From assembly GCF_963921235.1 (NCBI RefSeq), contig NC_086107.1, positions 45,694,001-45,758,000 on the forward strand: a stretch of 64,000 nt of DNA, written 5' to 3'. This stretch comes from Mobula hypostoma (taxonomy: Eukaryota). Below the pieces are notes generated by a model, which was given only the letters and a program-made list of their open reading frames with translations, had not been told where the DNA came from and did no database searches. Shown here one piece after another: positions 1 to 11,780 of the stretch (its first letter is position 1; every line of letters begins with the position of its first letter). Both the position numbers and the translations under genes were made by a program.

Positions 1-42
1 GCCGTCCTGGGATGTAACCAAGAGGTGGTTCGTGTTTGATCG
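1..42 (-). CDS. PLEKHA7: PLEKHA7 coding exon 2, truncated by window edge: (D)DQTRTTSWLHPRT
   Basis: Polypyrimidine tract and acceptor ttcccgcag|C at 43-45. Phase matches exon 1. Matches human DQLRCTTWLHPRT. Intron 1 is 127 bp. Confidence 0.92.
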
Positions 43-169
43 CTGCGGGAAACAAAACAAAGAAAAGGGCACACAAACACAAACAAAACAATCTTTTAAA
101 ATTATATGCGATTACAGTGAGCGTCTATAAGCGACGAGTCGACGTGAAAGTTGCGCTGGGTGAACGTAC

Positions 170-252
170 TCAATGAAAAAGATACGGCCATCCTTGCAGA
201 CCCCATAAGACCAGTGATCAGGTAGCATCTCCCGCCTCAACCCAGCCGCCAT
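170..252 (-). CDS. PLEKHA7: PLEKHA7 coding exon 1 (start of first WW domain): MAAGLRREMLPDHWSYGVCKDGRIFFI
   Basis: Manual translation from ATG at 252 matches the PLEKHA7 N-terminus (human ...LPEHWSYGVCRDGRVFFI). Ends at phase-2 donor GA|gtacgt (169). CpG-rich surroundings. RPS13 is a neighbour, as in human. Confidence 0.93.
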
Positions 253-919
253 GATCCGTCTCACGGATTATCAACCCTCGATCAAGGACGGGCCAGGGTT
301 AAAGGAACAGTGCAGGTTGGTTTCCGCCGACGAAAAATAACAATTGAAAAAGCCCAGCAAATTCCCTTTAAAGGGAGAATGAAAGCTGATTGATACGTCA
401 GCGGCCAGCGGCGAAAAGGAGGTGGGAACAGTTTAGTGATAGCAAACGGGAAAGGGTAACAATCGCTCAATATATCCCAGTTCTGCGATGTTTGTTTTTG
501 CCGTCTGAACTTGTTACTGGCTGGATACATTGTATCAAATAAAACCTCAGGTTGAAAGCAGATTACATCAAATTCTATTATTAATCTCTACTATATAAAT
601 TATAACAGAATTGATATCAGATATCTGATGGTAACCAAGTGAATGTTATCTGAGAGTTGTACAATACCAACACTGTTCGTCTCCTTGCTCTGTAACATGC
701 GTTCGGTTACCTGCATCCACCCAAACGTGGTCGCCTTTCACAATGTTCTGGTCCTTCTGAGAATTGAAGCTACATCACCGAAGAAAAGTATAACAGAAAG
801 TACCTGAATCACTTGATTCCGAATTATTAGGGTCCAAGTAAAAATAAAGCTTTAGCAGTGCGTGCGTGTGTAGCTGAAGCCAAGGTCATAATTGGGTCAA
901 GTGCGGATCCGAAATAACA

Positions 920-1838
920 CCTCATCGCTGACAATCAACACTGGCTCACCTCAAGGATGCGTGCATAGTCAAATGCCCTACTACTCTCTCTACGCCCATG
1001 ACTTTGCGACTAGGCGCAAATCAAAACGCCATCTGCAAATTTGCTGATGACACAACTGATGTGGCAGAATCTCAGATGGTTACGAAGCGACGTACAGGTG
1101 TGTGACAGGTCGCCAAGGTGGCCAGGATGACAATGCTGCAGTAACAGCTTTGCACTTAACGTCAGTATCACTAAAAATTTGATCGTGGACTTCAAGAAGC
1201 AGCAGCCAGGAGAACATACAACAGCCCTCATGGGAGGGTCATCAGTGGAAAAGGTGAACAACTTCAAATTCCTGGGTGTCAACTTCTCTGAAGATCTGTC
1301 CTGTGCCCAACATATTTCATTAGGAGCTTGAGGAGATTAAGTATGTCATCAAAGACTCTAGCAAATTTCTACATTTGTACAGTGGAGAACATTCTGACTG
1401 GTTGCATCACCCCGTGGTATGGAGGAGCCAATGTACAAGAACAGAAAAAAAGCTGCAGGAGGCTTTAGACTCAGCTTGCTCCATCACCGGAATTAGCTTC
1501 TCCAGCATCTTCAGAAGATGATGCCATCCTCGAGACAGTGGCATCCGCCATTAAGAACCCTCACCATCCAGGACATGCCCTCTTCTCATTACTACTATCA
1601 GGAAGGAGGTACAGGAGCCTGAAGACACACACTCAATGTTTTAGGAACAGCTTCTTCTCCTCTTCCATGAGGTTTCTGGAAGGCCCATGAACTCACTATT
1701 TTCCTCTATTTTGCCCTGCTTACTTTCTATATATTTCCTATTGTAACGTACAGCAATTTTCATGTATTACAGCGTACTGCTGCTGCAAGACAAACTAATT
1801 TTACAACGTAGTGATGATAAACCAGATTCAGATTCTGA
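920..1838 (+). mobile_element. Rex1/Babar-like LINE, decayed 3' RT fragment
   Basis: Degenerate RT motifs (KFADD-like aaatttgctgatgac, FKFLGV) and a gattcagattctgat tail. Same family as 4185-5337. Confidence 0.75.
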
Positions 1839-3240
1839 TAAAACCTTCAGGAATATGAGCAATCTGATCTGACCTTTCATTATTTCTATCCCTTTCACTT
1901 GTATACTTCCCCCTCCCACCCCAATAGTGGTTGATAAACACTAAATTATTGAAATTGCCTCCTTATATTTGCCCCTGAACAGGCACAACAATGCTAGTGG
2001 CAAAGCTTCAAGAGATCACAGCAGTGAGCACAAAACGGCAGAAGGAAAAAGTGCCACAGAGGGTCAATTTTACATCAACTTCTGACAAATGCTTACAATA
2101 AAATTGCCGTTTAAACCAACAGAAGAAATCAATGCCTGAAATGATTTTGCTGTCTTCCCATACTTAGCCTCCAGTGACTGTAGCTCAGAATTCCTCTGTA
2201 AATAATGGACTCCAAAACTAAGAACTAACCTAAAAAAAATTAATGCAGCAGACAGATTTTATATTTGTTAGTAAGATGAGTAGGAGCAAATCAAAAATTG
2301 ATGCATGGTATCTTTAATTGTTTCCAACATTCCAAGAAAAGCATGTGATGTATATTTGGTTCCTGAAAGTCTTTGGTTTATTTTCGCAAAGCTGGCATTC
2401 CAAAACAGCAGCTACCACTTGAAACATCAAACAGTTGTTAAAAAAAACTTCCAACGATATGCTTTGTTTAGCTTCTGGCCGTAAATGGCAGCCAGTCTAA
2501 AGTTCTTAAAATGTAAGTGGTAAGTAGTAATCAGCTTGAAAGTAAAAACACTGTTTTGCAAATAAGCTCTGTCTGCAGAGCAAGTTGCTAGCCCACAAAC
2601 CCTGCCATATTGCTCAAAAGGTGCAGTATAAACCAATGGATTATTTAACGTGGCTTGTTTCTAAATAATCATGTTGGCTAAACTGCTCAGTTCAAAAAAG
2701 TTTGCAAGCCAGATGGAAACAAACACTTAGCATATCAATAACTAATTTGTTAATAAATTAGAAATTTTGTGTACTCAGAGAAGTTAGCTTTACTGCATTA
2801 ATTATGGGTAGTTATGACCTGGGTCTCCAAAAAGCTTTTAGACCATATGTGTAAAAAGGTTATCTGAGGAAATTTCACACGTGTGTGAAGTCACTCAAGT
2901 GACTGGTGTAAGTGTAGACACCAGTTCAGGCTTATTAGGAATAGGGTATGGAGCATCAAGAAGCATGAGAGAAATATGGGGTGAACTAGAATCCATTCCT
3001 TTGACTTCAACTTTTGCGACAAATGAGTTCTTTGTGTGCATCATTGCTATGTCCTTTCAGTTTATAGGAAGTATTTTGGAAATACTTTTCATTTAGAAAG
3101 CTTTGCATTTTAAAAATGGCTTGTAATTTGGGAATGTCTAAAATAGAAATCCTCTGTGAACTTTAAGTGCATTTTAAGAATGCTGTTTGGATTTAAATGT
3201 GTATCACTGAAAATAAATTAACTTGATTTAAACTTTTTTT

Positions 3241-3370
3241 TCCAGTCCTGAAGAAAGAACTCAGCATGAAACATTGACGGTTTATTCATTCCCAGAGATG
3301 CTGCCCGACCTGCTGAGTTCCTCCAGTATTTCGTGTGTGTTGCCTTGGATTTTTGGCATCAGCAGGTTTT
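3241..3370 (+). mobile_element. Penelope-like element pseudo-LTR (pLTR) fragment with degenerate hammerhead motif
   Basis: cagtc-CTGAAGA...GAAAC-ATT-gac followed by gatgctgcc..cctgctgagttcctccag, the same tail that follows the GIY-YIG ORF at 9652-10420. Confidence 0.65.
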
Positions 3371-3593
3371 ATCATGTATGTTTTAAGCTACTTTGTGAGC
3401 TGGAAGCATCTTCTCTGTGGTAGGGAGGAGGAGACCCACCACTTGAATATACCCTATTGGCATCTAAATGCACTGTGGAGAATAAACAAGGAAGTTAAAC
3501 ATTTTTTGAAGATTGGGTGATTACAATAAAATCTCCCTTTAGTGAAAGTACTCATGGCTATTTATATCCAATAGGGCTTAAGAACTTTGTTTG

Positions 3594-3644
3594 AGTTTAA
3601 AATGTTGCAGTCAACAAAAGTTTAAAATGTTGCAGTCAACAAAA
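3594..3644. repeat. 25-bp perfect tandem duplication
   Basis: agtttaaaatgttgcagtcaacaaa occurs twice in tandem. Confidence 0.9.
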
Positions 3645-4184
3645 CTAATACAATCACAGGTAGTAGCCTCTTGTGGCCTCCAAGCCACAATTTTAAAAAG
3701 TAACAAGTGATCACTAAATAAACTCCATATCCACCTTTACTTTTCATTCCTTGATGCTTTTAGATCAATTTCAGCTTTAAAAGTAATGACTGATCCAGCA
3801 TCATCTGCCGTTTCACATTTCTACCACACTTTGGATGGAGGATGCTCCTCATTTCATTCCTGAAAGGCCTGATTTCTCCTAAACTATGAACCCCAAATCC
3901 TAGACACCACCCATTTCCCCAGAACCAGTCATAATTAATTCTCTATAATTTTGGTCCTCCTTTATCCCTAGATGGTTTTAATAATGACATTAATAACTTC
4001 AATGAAATTACATATTAATTTTTCAGGTTCCAACAAATAATGGTCCAGTTTATGCAATCACTCCTGCTAATTCAACCTTCATAGTCCAAGTAGCATTTAC
4101 ATAATATTTCATTCAATATTGATCCTAAAGGACAGGGCCTTGAGCTAAACACAGGAATCCAGTGAGACCAAACAACTACGACTA

Positions 4185-5337
4185 TAGATCAGCATTTAAT
4201 ACCATCATTCCCACAATCCTGATTGAGAAGTTGCAGAACCTGGGCCTCTGTACCTCCCTCTGCAATTGTATCCTCAGCTTCCTAATCAGAAGACCACAAT
4301 CTGTATAGATTGGTGATAACATATCCTCCTTGCTGACGATCAACACTGGTGCACCTCAGGGGTGTGTGCTTAGCCCACTGCTCTACTCTCTATATACACA
4401 TGACTGTGTGGCTAGGCATAGCTCAAATACCATCTATAAATTTGCTGACAATACAGCTATTGTTGGTAGAATCTCAGTTGGTAATGAGAGGGTGTACAGG
4501 AGTGAGATATGCCAACTAGTGGAGTGGTGTCGTAGCAACAATCTGGCGCTCAATGTCAGTAAGATGAAAGAGCTGATTGTGGTCTTCAGGAAGGGTAAGA
4601 CAAAGGAACACATACAAATCCTCATAGAGGGATCAGAAGTGGAGAGAGTGAGCAGTTTCAAGTTCTTGGGTGGCAAGATCTCTGAGGATCTAATCTGGTC
4701 CCAGCATATCAATGTAGTTATAAAGAAGGCAAGACAGCGGCTATGCTTTATTAGAAGAGATTTGGTATGCCAACAAATACACTCAGAAACTTCTATAGTT
4801 GTACTGTGGAGAGCATTCTGACAGGCTGCATCACTGTCTGGTATGGAGGGGCTACTGTACGGGTCCGAAAGAAGCTGCAGAAGGTTGTAAATCTAGTCAG
4901 CTCCATCTTGGGTACTAGCCTACAAAGTACCCAGGACATCTTTAGGGAGCGGTGTCTCAGAAAAGCAGTGTCCATTTTAAGGACTCCAGCAGCCGGGGCA
5001 TGCCCTTTTCTCACTGTTACCATCAGGTAGGAGATACAGAAGCCTGAAAGCACACACTCAGTGATTCAGGAACAGCTTCTTCCCCTCCGCCATCTGATTC
5101 CTAAATGCACATTGAATCTTTGGACACGACCTCTTTTTTTTAATATACAGTATTTCTGGTTTTGCATTTTTTTTAGTCTATTCAATATCTATATAATTGA
5201 TTTACTTGATTATTATTATTTTTATTTCCATTTATTATTTTTTAAATCTCTGCTAGATTATGTATTGCATTGAACTGCTGCTGCTATGTTAACAAATTGC
5301 ACGTCACATGCCCGTGGTAATAAGCCTGATTCTGATC
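4185..5337 (+). mobile_element. Rex1/Babar-like LINE, 5'-truncated RT region with frameshift
   Basis: ORFs 4330-4821 (TGAPQGCVLSPLLYSLYTHDC, KFADN) and 4767-5030 (ESILTGCITVWYG). Tail cctgattctgat. Confidence 0.88.
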
Positions 5338-6262
5338 TAAACATAATTTTGTCCATCTATAGTGTGATTTCCATAATTCCATATAAAGGCAAATGTTTCA
5401 TTAATTTTTTAGGTTATTTACAGAAAATGTTCATGCCCATCAATAATCTGTGAAAAGCACTTACATTTATATTCAACATTTCATGTTGTACAGCCAATCC
5501 AATATACGTAAGGCTCAATTTAAGGGGGAGGGAGGCATTTAGGACTAGAGTGTTGAGAAATTTCTTCACTTTAAAAACAATGAATCTTTGCAATCCTCTT
5601 TTGGGGACTTTTAGAGTTCAGTCATTGACTGCATGCACAATAGATATTGATGGTGTTTACGAGTGGCTGATCCAGGGTGGAGTTGAAGACAATCATAGTA
5701 AGTATCATTTAGCTTCACATCCAAGAGTGAAGAACTGAAACAACTAAGCAAAGTTAATGGTCTGCATTGATTGTGGCACTGAAGTATGATATACAGTTGT
5801 GCAAATAGCATGATAGAAACAGAAATGACAAGAGGATGTAATTAAATATTACTTGATGAGAATTACGTGGATGAGGGTGGCATTTAATATATCATATTGT
5901 GATTGGATGATACTTAACAGAAATGCTTGCAGCAAAATTACAAATCTGCAAATTAAATTTCTGAATATTTCTCAAACTAGCAGTCTCTTGGGCAACTAAG
6001 GACCTTTAGCAGAAATCCATTGTTGATGCCAATATTAAATTTATCCTGTCAAGGATCAATTAATCAACTAACTCCACTTTATCCAATATTCACATTGAAA
6101 TATAATGACAATAATTTTCATATTGAGACATGTATGTCTGTTTAAGATACTTTTGGATGAGAGATTCCCAATGGAATGCTACTAAATTCAATGTAATATT
6201 ATTTTCTGCAAGGATTTGAATATTTACTATCTTCTATTCGGACGGTTGGTCATGAAAGAAGC

Positions 6263-6294
<32 letters not shown>
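6263..6294. repeat. (TA)n(CA)n microsatellite
   Basis: Direct reading. Confidence 0.85.
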
Positions 6295-9059
6295 GTATAC
6301 AGTACATATGGAAAAATTTCAGTATGTGCCTTAAACTACGATGGGCAAGATCATTTGGGTTTGTAACCCACCTCTGACCATTCTAATCCTGTGGTTCTAC
6401 CTATCTGCTGCAACACGCACAGGACGGGCCATGCTGAGGACATCCTTGTCGCAGCCCAGCTGTGAAGCAGAGCAGTCTACAAGTGGCAACGCAGCCCCAG
6501 GTAGTGACACCCAAGACCTAACTCGGATAGCACTCAACAGCTCATTGTCGTTCAGGACATTTAATTTTTATCTTTAAACTGTTAATATTCAGAAACACTT
6601 AAAAATGGTTAAAATTAGTTTAAATAATTGAGATACTTTTGCAATAAAATTTAGATACACAATGAAATAAAGAAAATAAAACAATTGACTTGAGTGTATC
6701 ATTTTAATGAAAAGGGCTACCACTCCTAATCAGTCATGGTGTTAAAGTGGATTAAGAGATAAGTTTAACCAATCCACTTAGTGCCATTTTGGGGTCACTG
6801 TTGAGTTCAATGGCATAGCTGGAAGTCCTGATGTAGAAATAAGACAAAGGTTCCAGCATTACTTTGTACCATTTGTATAACCTTACAGCGAGTATTCCAT
6901 TACTGCCTTGCTTGATTGACAAAGGCATATCCGTTCTTTGTTTGAGGTTTAAAGACTTGGATGGTTCCAAGTTTGAACGTTAGACTGTACAGATCAAGAG
7001 GATCCAAGGTGTGTCTAAATTGACCTTATGGTTTGCTTTTCCCGATTCACTAATAATCATTGGGCATTTCTGCCTCACTGTCACTATCTACCGTTCTTTC
7101 CAGAATGACGTTGAAGTTTGGATGCATCTATATTGAATGTTTCAATCACTTGTGTAGAGTTTAACATATTCTTTACTCTTTGGGTTAAGAAGATTTTTCT
7201 GTATTTCCTATGGACTGACACTGAAAATAATTGTAAAATTCAAATGGAGAGCTGACCTGCGTGTCCAAATGATCGGAACAAGAAGGTGATGTTCAACTTT
7301 GCAATTATAGATAAGGGTTTCCATATTGAGTGAATTTTGCAAATTATTGTCAGGGTCTAAAATAGTTTCACTTTGATCCTGCAGAGTCTGATCCCGCACA
7401 TTTGTAACTTTTCAATCCATTATTCTGTTTCTCAGTACGTACTTCAAATTGTTTGCATTAATATTTTAGGTCTTCATCCCCAACTCTGTACTTCTTCCTT
7501 GGGATATTGTGTCTGTTTTCCTCTTCCTCTGTTTTAAATATTGACCCAAAGTTATCATTCAACATGCCCTCTGATCCTTGCTTTCATTTACAAAACATCA
7601 TGATGTTTCAAGGGGACCAAGTTTCTCTAGAACTTCTCATTGAGTAGCTTGTATTGCTTTTGATATACCATCTAAATTTTCATATTTTCTTCCTACTATT
7701 GTTTTCTTACCAATTATTGTCTTTTTTATCTCTGAATTACCAGGATCCATGCTCATATTTGTTTCTTTGTTTTTCATTTAGTTTTGCTTTCATGCCTCTT
7801 ACCAAATTTGTTTTTAAATTTAATTATAGAATTCTCAGTAGAAATTATTAGGGTAACATTTTTTGAACCTCTTGTCATTAACAAGATTTGCCTATTAACA
7901 ATGGAGGTGTTTAGTAATATTCTTTTGAAAATAGTGTTACCTGTAATCGAATTAATTAGTTATTTGTCCCTTTGTTGTAAGTAGTTTGCACTGAGAATGT
8001 GTCTGTTTCGGACCTATTAGCTCAGATCATGGCTTGAAGACCATCAAGAAGCTGACATGAGATGGAGACGAATTTCTCTGGGCAACTAAATTTGAGAAGT
8101 ATCCACAGTTACCTTTGGGTTGACAGGGTCAAAGTAAAAGCCTATAAAATGCTGATGATGTTCTTTGTATTTATTTTGGAATGTTGTAACTATACACTCT
8201 GGGAAAAATACACTCTCAGGACAACAAATACTTTTTCGGGTCTTTAATTCCTTTACCTGTTTTAGACTTTTTAATGCAGAAAGAGGGTATCAAGATAAAT
8301 ACAACAAAATTAATTTTTTAAAAAGTTTCTGCTATTACAATCTCAGCTTAATTTTGGTCCACACACTTGTGTATCAACCAGTTACATATACAGTATGAAA
8401 ATAAATAAAAACAAAATATACAAAACCAATATAGTAGTGGCAATTCTACTAGACCAATAAGGAACTTTACATGACCATGCTATCCAGCGCCAATACCTTA
8501 CGCCTTGAGCCTGGGAAAAGCAGTTCCTAATACTTGATGCTCGTCTTTCTAGAACATTGAATTCTTTTTTCTACTCCACACATGCATAATGATGTCACTG
8601 TTTTCTCTTAAGGCACAGGCAACTATTTTAGCATTACCAGGGTGAATACATAAGTGCACTTTTAACAGTAAAAAATAAAATTCAAGTCACCTGGTTACAT
8701 ATACATGGTGAGGCTTGTGTCCTTTCTGCTTCTGGGTGAAGAGGTTCCATGCTGTAATTCTGGAAGCAATTTTCCTACCAGGAGAAGTGACTTGGCAATG
8801 ACTCTCCCTGTGACCAGACAGAAGGGAAACCCCTCTGTAGTTAATATGCTCAAATTTCTCTCTTTTGAAGTTGGTCTTGATCATGGCTATTGGTTAGTCA
8901 ACATTTTGCCAATGTGCTTTTTTAACTGGGTCTTATGAAAATAACTTTGCTTATTCTTTTCTCTACTTTGAATTCATCCTTGTTAACTGACAAGTGTAAA
9001 AACATATGAGGCTGTGGCTAGGCTAGTACCTTCAAGTCTCTTTGTCAAAATGCGCTAGG

Positions 9060-9645
9060 TTTATTCCACTCCAGGGATCTGCGTATAAGCTGGCTGACAT
9101 TTCACTACAGTGTAAATTGTTTCATTACTGAATGAGATGTTAAACTGAGGTCAGGCCCTGCTTGGTATCTCAAGTGGAAGTAACAGATCCCACAAAGTGA
9201 TAGGTTATGGTAAGATTGTGACCTGATATTCAGAGCTGTGTTATCATTGATTTGGAGAATCCAACCTAGGTAACTGGAGAATTTAAATTCAAGTATTTAA
9301 GTAAAGTTGGAATGAAACACTAATATGATCAATACCAACAATGAAATTATTGTATTTTGTGCAATCTATCTGGTTCACTAATTTTTATCAGGGAAGTAAT
9401 TTTCCATCTTCCCCATCTGGCCCACGTGTAACCTCAGAACCAGACCAGTGTAGCTGTCTGTTGTAACCTGGAAAGTCAAACAACTTTCCCTCTAGAACTG
9501 TAATTAAAGAAGGTCAGAAATACTAGCCCAGAGAAGCCTATTTGTGAATGAATATATCTACAGGTTTTGAATTATGGGTGTTAAGCTTTGATAACTTACT
9601 CAAAAGGAATTTGCCAATCAACATTGATTAAACAGATTATCTGGT
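9060..9645 (+). mobile_element. Old DeuSINE-like element (SacSINE/AmnSINE-related core) interrupted by a second SINE-like repeat at about 9240-9555
   Basis: ggctgaca...cagt, gagatgttaaactgagg...ctcaagtggaagtaacagatccca and tail aaacagattatctggt resemble the Deu-domain SINE consensus as recalled. Highly diverged. Confidence 0.5.
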
Positions 9646-9651
9646 GATTCA

Positions 9652-10420
9652 CAAACAGAAGAGATTTTGCAGATGCTGGAAATCCAGAGCAACACACACA
9701 CGATGCTGGAGGAATGCAGCAGATAAGCAGGATCTATGAAAATGAATAAACATTCGATGTTTCAGCCAGAGAAACCTTCATCAGGACTGGAAAGGGAGGG
9801 TGAGGATGCCAGATTTAAAAAAGGGGGAGGGGGAGGGGAAGGAGGATAGCTGTAAAGTGATTGGTGAAGCTGGCTGGGCAGGAAAGGTAAAGGGCTGGAG
9901 AAGAAGCAATCTGATAGGAGAGGAGAGTGGACCATAGGAAAAGTGGGGGGGGGGGGGCTCCAGGGGAAGGTGATAGACAAGTGAAGAGAAGGGGTAAGAG
10001 GCCAGAGTGGGGAATAGAGGAAGTAGGAAAAGAAAAATATTACTGGAAGGAGAAATTGATGCTCATATCATCAGGTTGGAGGCTGCCTGGAAAGAATATT
10101 AGGTGTTGTTCCATCACCCTGAGTGGGGCCTCATCATGGCAAAAGAGGAGGCCATGGACCAACATGTTTGAAAGGGAATGCAGATAGAAGTTAAAACAGT
10201 TGGCCACCAAGAAATTCCGTTTTTTGCAGATGGAGTGGAGGTATTCAACAAAGCAGTCCCCCAACTTATGTTGAGTCTCAACAACGTAGAGGAAGCTGCA
10301 CTGGGAACACTGGATGCAGTGGAAACCCCAAGCAGATTTGCAGGTGAAGCGGTGCCACACCTGGAAGGAATGTTTGGGCCCTTGAATGGAGGTGAGGGAG
10401 GAGATGTAGGGGCTGGTGTG
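9652..10420 (-). mobile_element. Penelope-like retroelement 3' fragment: decayed GIY-YIG endonuclease plus pLTR with hammerhead core
   Basis: ORF 10040-10360 (FTC...CIQCSQCSFLYVVETQHKLGDCFVEYLHS...EQHLIF..GSLQPD.M.INFS) fits a Penelope GIY-YIG domain. CTGATGA...GAAAC core at 9751-9789 on the minus strand. Confidence 0.85.
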
Positions 10421-10696
10421 TCACCTGTTCTGCTTACAAGATTAGGGAGGGAGAACGGTGGGGATGAATGAATGGACAAGCATTCAAGAAGAGCTGTTGA
10501 GGTCATCTACTCGGTAATGTGTAATTAGTACTGGGGTATGATCTGAAACCGTGATTATTATACAAGTGCAAAAGCCATTCCTTATGGAATTGGTTCATTA
10601 CTGCCACATGCACCAAAATAGCTTGTCAACATACTGTTCATACAGATCAAATCATTACACAGTGCATTGAGGTAGAACAATAACAATGCAGAATAA

Positions 10697-11111
10697 ACAT
10701 AGAACATAGAATAGTACAGCACAGTACATGCCCTTTGGCCCACAATGTTGTGCCAACCCTCAAACCCTGCCTCCCATATAAGCCCCCACCTTAAATCCCT
10801 CCATATACCTGTCTAGTAGTCTCTTAAACTTCACTAGTATATCTGCCTCCACTACTGACTCAGGCAGTGTATTCCAGGCACCAACCACTCTCTGAGTAAA
10901 AAACATTCCTCTAATATCCCCCTTGAACTTCCCACTCATTACCTTAAAGTCATGTCCTCTTGTATTGAGCAGTGGTGCCCTGGGGAAGAGGTGCTGGCTA
11001 TCCACTCTATCTATTCCTCTTATTATCTTGTGCACCTCCATCATGTCTCCTCTCATCCTCCTTCTCTCCAAAGAGTAAAGCCCTAGCTCCCTTAATCTCT
11101 GCTGATAATGC
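10697..11111 (-). mobile_element. CR1 LINE 3' end, relatively young
   Basis: ORF 10760-11113 (LGLYSLERRRMRGD...FFTQRVVGAWN). (ttctatg)n tail. Near-identical family copy at 47930-48840. Confidence 0.9.
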
Positions 11112-11145
11112 AAGTGTAACAGTTACAAAGAAAGTGAAATGCACA

Positions 11146-11780
11146 AGACATAGGAGCAGAATTAGGCCATTTGCCACATCAAGGCTGCTCCACTATTCCA
11201 TTGTGTCATTATCCCTCTCAATCCCATTTTCCTGCCTTTTTCCCATAAACTTTGACACCCTTACAAATCAATAACATATCAACCTCCACTTTTAATATAC
11301 CTAGTGACTTGGCCTGTATAGCTGTGTGTGACAATGAATTCCACAGATTTACCACGCTTTGGCTAAATAAATTCCTCCTCATCTCTGTTCTAAAAGGACA
11401 TCCTTGTATTCTGAGGCTGTACCCTCTTGTCCTAGATTCCTCCACTATACGAAACATCCTACCCACATCCACACTATCTAGGCATTTTAATATTCAATTC
11501 TCCCCTCATTCTTCTAAACTCTAGCTAGTACAGGCCCAAAGACATCAGATGCTCCTCATACATTAACCCTTTCATTCCCAGGATTATCCTCATGATCGTC
11601 CTCTGGACCCTCTCCAATGCCAGCAAATCCTTTCTTAGTTAAGGGACCCAAAACTACTCACAATACTCCAAGTATGGTCTGACAAAATGAACATTGCATT
11701 TCCCTTCCTTACCACAGACTCAACTTGCAAGTTAACCATCAGGGAATCCTGCACTAGAACTCCCAGTTCTCTTTGTACCT
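11146..11780 (-). mobile_element. CR1 LINE 3' fragment, different subfamily
   Basis: ORF 11218-11472 (SRTRGYSLRI..FRTEMRRNLFSQ.VVNLWNSL). Confidence 0.82.
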
